64,000 nucleotides of DNA from Candidatus Berkelbacteria bacterium (GTDB taxonomy: Bacteria; Patescibacteriota; UBA1384; 2-12-FULL-50-11). Positions 58,160 to 64,000 of the stretch are shown here, one piece after another. Location of the stretch: assembly GCA_016432625.1 (NCBI GenBank), contig CP066697.1:586561-650560 (forward strand), written 5' to 3'. The translations under genes and the position numbers were made by a program. The notes under the pieces are model-generated. The model saw only the letters and a list, made by a program, of their open reading frames with translations. It did not search any database and was not told the DNA's origin. Each line of letters opens with the position of its first letter. The stretch's first letter is position 1.

Positions 58160-58792
58160 TCAAGCGTTAGCTAGCGCGACACGGCTTTGTTCCGCCAACC
58201 AGTCTTCAAGGTCACTCGGTGGTTCGAAATGATCCTGACAGCGAGTTTCATAGGTTCGGTTCTTAACAGACCCTTCCGGCGTCACGGTATCAACAAAAGC
58301 CGAGGCCGGCTGACCATCCTCCAGCATCTGGGTGTATTCAGCTAGCTCCCTCTTGCAGACGTCGCAGTAGGCCTTGAGCTTGTGGACTTCGTTCGCGATT
58401 GCTAGCAGGTGCCCCATCGGCCCAAAGGGTAAGCCACGGAAGTCTTTATCTAAGCCGGTGATAAACACGTCAGCCTGGTCTCTGATCTTCATGACAACAT
58501 AGAGGAGCTCGGGGTCAAAGAAATTGGCTTCGTCGATTAGCACTAAATCCACTTCAGGTTTGAGGTGGCGCAAAATTTCCTTACTCTGACCGATAACCTT
58601 GGCAGGAATACAGACCTGGGGGTTTAAGCGGGTGCGGATACAATTGTCGTCGTAACGAGTATCGGCTCGGGGTTTGAAAGCGGTGACTTTGGCGCGTTTT
58701 TGGTTGGCACAATAGGCCTGGTAGGCATGTAACAACCGCAGTGTCTTGGCTGTTTTCATCGGGCCTGTAAAAACCACCACGCGGTTTGCCAT
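58160..58792 (-). CDS. tdk: Thymidine kinase
   Basis: TGPMKTAKT, FKP..DTRY, IDEANFF, GLDKDFRGLPFG, CxxC...Y..RCxxH. Confidence 0.93.
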   Translation of the reverse strand: MANRVVVFTGPMKTAKTLRLLHAYQAYCANQKRAKVTAFKPRADTRYDDNCIRTRLNPQVCIPAKVIGQSKEILRHLKPEVDLVLIDEANFFDPELLYVVMKIRDQADVFITGLDKDFRGLPFGPMGHLLAIANEVHKLKAYCDVCKRELAEYTQMLEDGQPASAFVDTVTPEGSVKNRTYETRCQDHFEPPSDLEDWLAEQSRVALANA

Positions 58793-58830
58793 TGAGCTCA
58801 AAATATTGAGTTTTCGTTCCGGAAGCAAGC

Positions 58831-59205
58831 CTACTTACCCTCGAGCAGATCCCTAACCTTGCCGACGAGTTCTTGAGGACCAATGGCAGTTTTGAGGTAA
58901 TATCCCTGTACCATCTCGGCGGCTTCGCGCTGATAATCCGGGTTGGGCATGGCGGTAAGAATAATAACCGGGGTGTGCTTGCATTCGGGCAAGCTACGGT
59001 AGATTTTGAGGGCGCGCAGGCCACCTTGGCGCGGTAACATCAGATCTAGAATAATTACGTCCGGCTTACTATTTAACGCCTCATCAATTGCTTGCTCTCC
59101 GTCCACCGCTTCAAAAACCTCGAAATTATTGTGACGGAATATATCTTTATAAAGCCGGCGTAGTTCGTCGTTATCTTCAACTAGAAGCACTTTATGGCGG
59201 GCCAT
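58831..59205 (-). CDS. Single-domain response regulator
   Basis: LLVEDN, ILDLMLP, ILTA, YYLK. Confidence 0.9.
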   Translation of the reverse strand: MARHKVLLVEDNDELRRLYKDIFRHNNFEVFEAVDGEQAIDEALNSKPDVIILDLMLPRQGGLRALKIYRSLPECKHTPVIILTAMPNPDYQREAAEMVQGYYLKTAIGPQELVGKVRDLLEGK

Positions 59206-59221
59206 CTGCAAGAATAATACG

Positions 59222-61909
59222 CTAATCGGCAAAACCCTGCTGCAAGCGTGCCCAGTTCAAGCTGACGCGCCGGACCGCCTTACGGAGCTCATCGGCGAGG
59301 ATAATCGAGGCGGTAATCGCAACTATCGAAACGACAGTAAGCGTATCTATCGCCGCCAAGCCCAGCAAATCCCTCATTGCGGGCATTGCTAAAACTAGGG
59401 CTTGTAAGATTGTCGCTACGGCGAATGAGATTAGTAGTAACGGGTTGATTGGAAGTTTGAGCGAGAACACCGATTTCGTATGGCTGCGGGCGTTAAAAAC
59501 ATTCAAGAGCTGGAAGAAAACCATCGCCGTAAGCGTTGCCGTCCGAGCGTAATCGACGCCGTGCTTCAGGGTGAATAGGTAAACTCCTAACGAGCCAGCC
59601 GCCATCACTAACGATAGAACTACCATCCGCCAGAACATGCCGGAGTCGACTAATGAAGCTCCGTGTGGCCGAGGCTGCTGACGCATCAGGTCAGTCTCCG
59701 CCGGCTCAACGGTTAACGCCATCGACATCACGCCGTCCGTCACGAGGTTCATCCACAAAATCTGAACCGCGAGCAGCGGCAATGGAATGCCAACAAAAAG
59801 CGCGTAAACAATAATGAACAACTCGGCGAAAGTTGTTGAAGTAAGATAGAAAACGACCTTACGAAGGTTCTCCCAAATCAGGCGACCCTCGGCAATGGCG
59901 TTAACAATCGCTTCAAAATTATCTTGTAGAAGAACCATCTCGGAAGCCTCAATCGCGACGTCGGTGCCACTTCGACCCATGGCGATGCCGATGTCGGCTC
60001 TTTTCAACGCTGGGGCGTCATTAACACCGTCGCCAGTCATGGCAACAATTTCCCCACGACGTTGCAGCTTCTCGACTATTTTCAGTTTGTCTGCCGGTGT
60101 GGCCCTGGCAACAACGCTCACGTCCTCAAGATCGTGGTGGCCTAGATCATTAGCGTGGATTGCCTTGCCGTGAATATCCAGGCCGATTTTCTGGGCGATT
60201 GTCTCAGCCGTCAGAAGGTGGTCCCCAGTAAGCATAATAACCCGGACGCCGGCCTCTTTAGCTGTACTGATTGCCTTTCTTACTTCTGCGCGGATCGGGT
60301 CGGCAATACAAAAGTAGCCGACGAAAGTCAGATCTTTGAGATGTCGCTCGTTGGGCGTTTCCGAGCCTGGTCGGTCGCTGTAGGCAAGCGCCACCAAGCG
60401 ATACCCCTGCTTAGCGTAGGCAGAGGCCCGTTCTTCCAAATTTGCCCGTGAGCGCGCTAATAATCGATTTCTTGTACCTCCAGGCGAGATAACGTGACTG
60501 GAGAGCTGTAAGACTTTTTCAGGCGAACCTTTGGTTATGTAGCGATTATGACGCCCGAAGCGATGGACTGAAGTTGAGTAGCGCAGCTCTTGATCAAACG
60601 GGATCTCTAGTACTTCCGGGTAGCGACGCTCTTCTTTGAAGGCGTAGTAACCAGCTTTTGCCGCAACCACAGAGAGTGCCGTCTCGGTCGGGTCGGTCAG
60701 TATCTGAGCTTGATCCGTTTTTAAGTCCTCCCGTGAGATCGTTGAGGTAGTTGCCATGCTGACAAGCTCGAGGATCAGTTTCAGCCCAGGAAGATGCTCT
60801 GGCGCTACTGGTTTGCTCTCGACTGTAAAGCGTCCGGATAACGAGTAGCCGTGCCCGGTCACTGCAACGTCGTCACCCCCCAGCAGAATCCGCTCCACCA
60901 TCATTTTCCCTTCGGTCAAAGTGCCGGTCTTATCGACGCAAATGACCGTAGCGCTACCCAGCGTCTCCGCTCCGGCAAGTTTTCGGATTAAGGCAGCACG
61001 TCGGTACATTCGTAATAGTCCTACCGATAACACTACAGTGAGCGCTACCGGCAACCCCTCAGGAACAATTGCCACAAGAATTGAGAGGGCAACCGCAAAC
61101 ATGTCCGCTAGAGGTATGCGCTGACTTAGACCAAAGAAGAAGATCAGTATCGTCAGGATAAATGAAGCGAGCAGTATGTAACGCCCGAACTGGGTGATTT
61201 TTCGTTGTAAAAATGTCGGCGTTGGACGGACCCTCGTTACTTCAGCGGAGATGGCGCCAATTTCTGTATTCATCCCGGTGCCAGTGACGACTGCCACCGC
61301 CCGACCGTCAACGAGAAACGTCGACATAAACAGCATATTGGAGCGCTCGGCTAAAACAGTGTCTTCGCGTACAGCGCCAAGCCTTTTGTGAGCAGGGACT
61401 GTTTCGCCGGTCAGGGCCGCCTCGTTGACTCTTAGCTGACCCCCCTCTATCAAACGGGCGTCGGCAGGAACTCGATCGCCAGCTTCCAAAACAATAATAT
61501 CGCCGACAACAATATTCTTGGCCGGTATTTTCTGCTCGATGCCATCACGGATGACGCGAGCCGTTACTGCGAGAGCGTGGCGAAGCTTCTCAATGGTTCG
61601 CTCAGCGCGGTACTCCTGGAAAAAACCGATCGATACGTTCAAAACGACCACCGCCAGCACGACAACTGTATCGGTCATATCCTTCTGCAGGTAAGAAATC
61701 AGTGCTGCCACGATCAGTATTAAAGTTAGCGGACTCTGAAACTGCCGCAATAAAACAATGAGCGCCGAGGCTTTAGGCTTCTCCCGCAACAAATTATAGC
61801 CGTGCCGGCTTAATCTCCGGCTCGCTTCTGCCTCAGAAAGTCCCTTTGCGGCAACAGCGCCAAGCTCGGCTGAAACTTCGCGCTCATTTTTTGACCAAAC
61901 CCCACCCAT
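59222..61909 (-). CDS. Cation-transporting P-type ATPase (type IIA, Ca2+-like)
   Basis: LTGET, PEGL, DKTGTLT, KGSPE, TGD, GDGVNDAP, QILWMNLVTD. Confidence 0.96.
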   Translation of the reverse strand: MGGVWSKNEREVSAELGAVAAKGLSEAEASRRLSRHGYNLLREKPKASALIVLLRQFQSPLTLILIVAALISYLQKDMTDTVVVLAVVVLNVSIGFFQEYRAERTIEKLRHALAVTARVIRDGIEQKIPAKNIVVGDIIVLEAGDRVPADARLIEGGQLRVNEAALTGETVPAHKRLGAVREDTVLAERSNMLFMSTFLVDGRAVAVVTGTGMNTEIGAISAEVTRVRPTPTFLQRKITQFGRYILLASFILTILIFFFGLSQRIPLADMFAVALSILVAIVPEGLPVALTVVLSVGLLRMYRRAALIRKLAGAETLGSATVICVDKTGTLTEGKMMVERILLGGDDVAVTGHGYSLSGRFTVESKPVAPEHLPGLKLILELVSMATTSTISREDLKTDQAQILTDPTETALSVVAAKAGYYAFKEERRYPEVLEIPFDQELRYSTSVHRFGRHNRYITKGSPEKVLQLSSHVISPGGTRNRLLARSRANLEERASAYAKQGYRLVALAYSDRPGSETPNERHLKDLTFVGYFCIADPIRAEVRKAISTAKEAGVRVIMLTGDHLLTAETIAQKIGLDIHGKAIHANDLGHHDLEDVSVVARATPADKLKIVEKLQRRGEIVAMTGDGVNDAPALKRADIGIAMGRSGTDVAIEASEMVLLQDNFEAIVNAIAEGRLIWENLRKVVFYLTSTTFAELFIIVYALFVGIPLPLLAVQILWMNLVTDGVMSMALTVEPAETDLMRQQPRPHGASLVDSGMFWRMVVLSLVMAAGSLGVYLFTLKHGVDYARTATLTAMVFFQLLNVFNARSHTKSVFSLKLPINPLLLISFAVATILQALVLAMPAMRDLLGLAAIDTLTVVSIVAITASIILADELRKAVRRVSLNWARLQQGFAD

Positions 61910-62030
61910 TGCTTCTCAGCATAACTGATAAGACAGCTAGCTTGAAGTAAATGTGACGTTTACCGTCGACCACCCTAAAACTAGGGTATATAGTATGGCC
62001 ATATTCGTCCCTTAAGGGACCGGGGGAACA

Positions 62031-63038
62031 ATGATAATCACTGCCCTGGTGGTCTCGGCGCTCGGTAGCGTCGCCACTGTCCGGTCAACGCCGGAGGAGC
62101 TCGCCATGAAGTTGCTCGCCGATTACAAACGCGAGCACGCCTACTCACTTAGCGGCCAAACGCCGCCACGACGTCCCAGCTCGCTAGAAGTTCGTCAAGT
62201 TTACGAGCCTAGCGACAAAACCTGGCGGAAGAAACTAGGTGATCAAGCTGGCATCGTCGTTGAAGACTCTGCCAGCCGATTCGCCGTTGGCCAGTGCACC
62301 TGGCTTGCCTACCTGGCACGTTCCGACTTTCCGTTCGACTCGCGCGGTGGCGGTCGCAACGACGCCAAGAACTGGCTGGATCAAGCCTCCAAGGCCGGCT
62401 GGCCAGTCGGAAGGTTTGTCATCGGGGAACCGATACCGCTGCCGCAACGAGGAGCAATTCTCGTCCATAAGGCATGGCCGGGCAACCCGTCTGGCCACGT
62501 CTCGATCGTCAGCGAGATCATCTCGGAACGATGTTTGGTCGTTTGGGACTGCAACTTCTCGAGCGACCTTGATGGCAAGGTTCGTGAGCGGGTTATAGAG
62601 TTGGACGACTACGTCGCCGGCTACATCTACCGTGACGACGCGACCTGGAGGAATATGTCTAGCAAATGGCTACTGTCTCCTGTCGGAGAGAAAGGCTTCG
62701 GTACGCTGGAGTCTTCCGACGCGAGCGACGGGCCATACTGGTCGAGCGTTGTTCGCCTTAGTCCCGACGTGAGTGACTACGGTCAGATCTTCCTTGAGAT
62801 CTACCCTGATCTTGAGCGGAAGCTAGACCTTGACGTTTACGTCTGGCCCGAACGGTTCACCATCAGGCTGCCGAAATCTGCTGCGAATGTGGCGGTTGCG
62901 GAGGTCGGACCAGTGCCCGTCTCTAAGCTCCCTGATCGGTACGTCGTGGTGCTGGTGCGACCAAATCGCATCACGAGCAGCGATAAGCCGATCAAGCGGT
63001 TGCTGGCCTACGTCAAGTACAGTACCTTGCAACGGTAA
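62031..63038 (+). CDS. Secreted CHAP domain (cysteine amidase/peptidase) protein
   Basis: Signal peptide; GQCTW, NDAKNW..A...GW, GAI, GHVSIV, DCN. Confidence 0.8.
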   Translation: MIITALVVSALGSVATVRSTPEELAMKLLADYKREHAYSLSGQTPPRRPSSLEVRQVYEPSDKTWRKKLGDQAGIVVEDSASRFAVGQCTWLAYLARSDFPFDSRGGGRNDAKNWLDQASKAGWPVGRFVIGEPIPLPQRGAILVHKAWPGNPSGHVSIVSEIISERCLVVWDCNFSSDLDGKVRERVIELDDYVAGYIYRDDATWRNMSSKWLLSPVGEKGFGTLESSDASDGPYWSSVVRLSPDVSDYGQIFLEIYPDLERKLDLDVYVWPERFTIRLPKSAANVAVAEVGPVPVSKLPDRYVVVLVRPNRITSSDKPIKRLLAYVKYSTLQR

Positions 63039-63043
63039 GCCCG

Positions 63044-63067
63044 GGCCCACCCTTTCGGGGGTGGGCC
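63044..63067 (+). terminator. Hairpin terminator after the CHAP gene
   Basis: ggcccaccc/gggtgggcc. Confidence 0.65.
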
Positions 63068-63218
63068 TGACCACGTTTAACTCATAAAAACTCTTGTTAA
63101 GAAACGATATCGATATTTATTCCAAACTGTTTACTGGTCTGGCGACTGGTTTTTGGGAACTTTGTTAATGATTTAAAAGCTCCGCGGCAATATCCTGCAT
63201 AAGCGAAAGGGGAAGTTA

Positions 63219-63416
63219 ATGGTAATGGCTCGACTAAAAAGCAAACGGGGCTTTGCCTCGATGGATGCGAGTACGCAACGACGCATCGCTAGCGCTGGGG
63301 GTAGAGCGGCCCACGCGAGTGGTAATGCCCACCAATGGACCCCGAAAGAGGCTAGCAAGGCGGGTAAGAAAGGTGGCCGGGCTCGCAAGGCGCAACGACG
63401 CGCCTACCGACCGTAG
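63219..63416 (+). CDS. KGG-repeat stress-induced protein (YciG/GsiB-like)
   Basis: RGFASMD...IASAGG.AAH..G.AHQW...A..AGKKGG. Confidence 0.88.
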   Translation: MVMARLKSKRGFASMDASTQRRIASAGGRAAHASGNAHQWTPKEASKAGKKGGRARKAQRRAYRP

Positions 63417-63437
63417 AATTACTACGATGAAGACACA

Positions 63438-63466
63438 GAAAGCCCTTCCACGAGGGAAGGGCTTTC
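63438..63466. terminator. Bidirectional terminator
   Basis: gaaagcccttcc/ggaagggctttc, 12-bp stem between convergent genes. Confidence 0.75.
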
Positions 63467-63473
63467 ATGTCGC

Positions 63474-63779
63474 TTACGCTGCTTCTTCGTTCGATTGACG
63501 TGGGCCGCGATCTGATCGATCTGAGCGTTCTGTCATCGGACGAGCTTCGTTGACCGTTACCGGTCGGCCGTCGATTTCTTTGCCATTAAGGGTTTCAATC
63601 GCCTTAGTAGCTTCTTCGTCGGAGGCCATTTCAACAAAGCCGAAACCTTTGGAGCGACCTGACATCTTATCCGTTATAACTGTGGCGGATTCGACTGTTC
63701 CAAGTGCAGCAAAGGCTGTGCGCAAACTTTCGTCGGTTGTATCCCAAGAGAGATTACCGACAAATAAACGTTTTGCCAT
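63474..63779 (-). CDS. RRM (RNP-1) RNA-binding protein
   Basis: LFVGNL (RNP2), RSKGFGFVEM (RNP1), VNEARP. Confidence 0.95.
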   Translation of the reverse strand: MAKRLFVGNLSWDTTDESLRTAFAALGTVESATVITDKMSGRSKGFGFVEMASDEEATKAIETLNGKEIDGRPVTVNEARPMTERSDRSDRGPRQSNEEAA

Positions 63780-63913
63780 TTATTGCCTTTCAAAACTAAT
63801 TCCTTAGGTGCGACCTCTGACTTTGCGTAACGAGCGCACTTACCTAACGGTCGCAACCCACTACAAAACCAGATACCTATTGCGTAGATTATAACACGGA
63901 TCCGGCAGCTAGC

Positions 63914-64000
63914 CTAGTAATCTAAGCTCGCGCCGCTACCAAACAGCATGCCAGCAACGATGCTCCAGGTAGATACCATGATGACAATTCCGATTACGAA
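63914..64000 (-). CDS. C-terminal fragment of a membrane protein (truncated by window edge)
   Basis: FVIGIVIMVSTWSIVAGMLFGSGASLDY* in an open frame. Confidence 0.5.
   Translation of the reverse strand, partial: FVIGIVIMVSTWSIVAGMLFGSGASLDY

Overview
Chromosomal segment from a small-genome bacterium. Gene content and style suggest Patescibacteria/CPR (inference), with the standard genetic code (TGA used as stop). 1-25.3 kb is a minus-strand housekeeping block (htrA, gatCAB, ligA, htpX/DUF2207/lemA, ctpA, mnmA, tatD, metG, rsmI, rsmA, G5-transglycosylase, pcrA, dnaB, dnaX). 25.4-34.4 kb is a type IV pilus locus whose PilB carries an unexpected N-terminal HU/IHF-like domain. After murA, 35.8-39.9 kb holds a putative signal synthase/receptor module (N-acyl synthase, ThiF, 7TM-GAF histidine kinase, receiver). 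40.1-48.1 kb is a tryptophan-centred island: TrpRS, kinase, nucleotidyltransferase and a divergent archaeal-type TrpRS paralog; a GCS2 carboxylate-amine ligase behind an unannotated Trp-Trp leader peptide with terminator/antiterminator; a deacylase; and tRNA-Trp followed by a Zn-ribbon protein and a PLP decarboxylase. Further on are plsC, a ~290-nt structured ncRNA candidate, ileS, hisS, a degenerate P-type ATPase fragment, a PQQ dehydrogenase, an acyl-ACP-reductase-like gene, tRNA-Glu, tdk, a P-type ATPase, and CHAP, KGG and RRM proteins. Many core genes appear leaderless. No integrase, transposase, CRISPR array or rRNA was seen. All calls come from motif recognition by eye; no database search was run.
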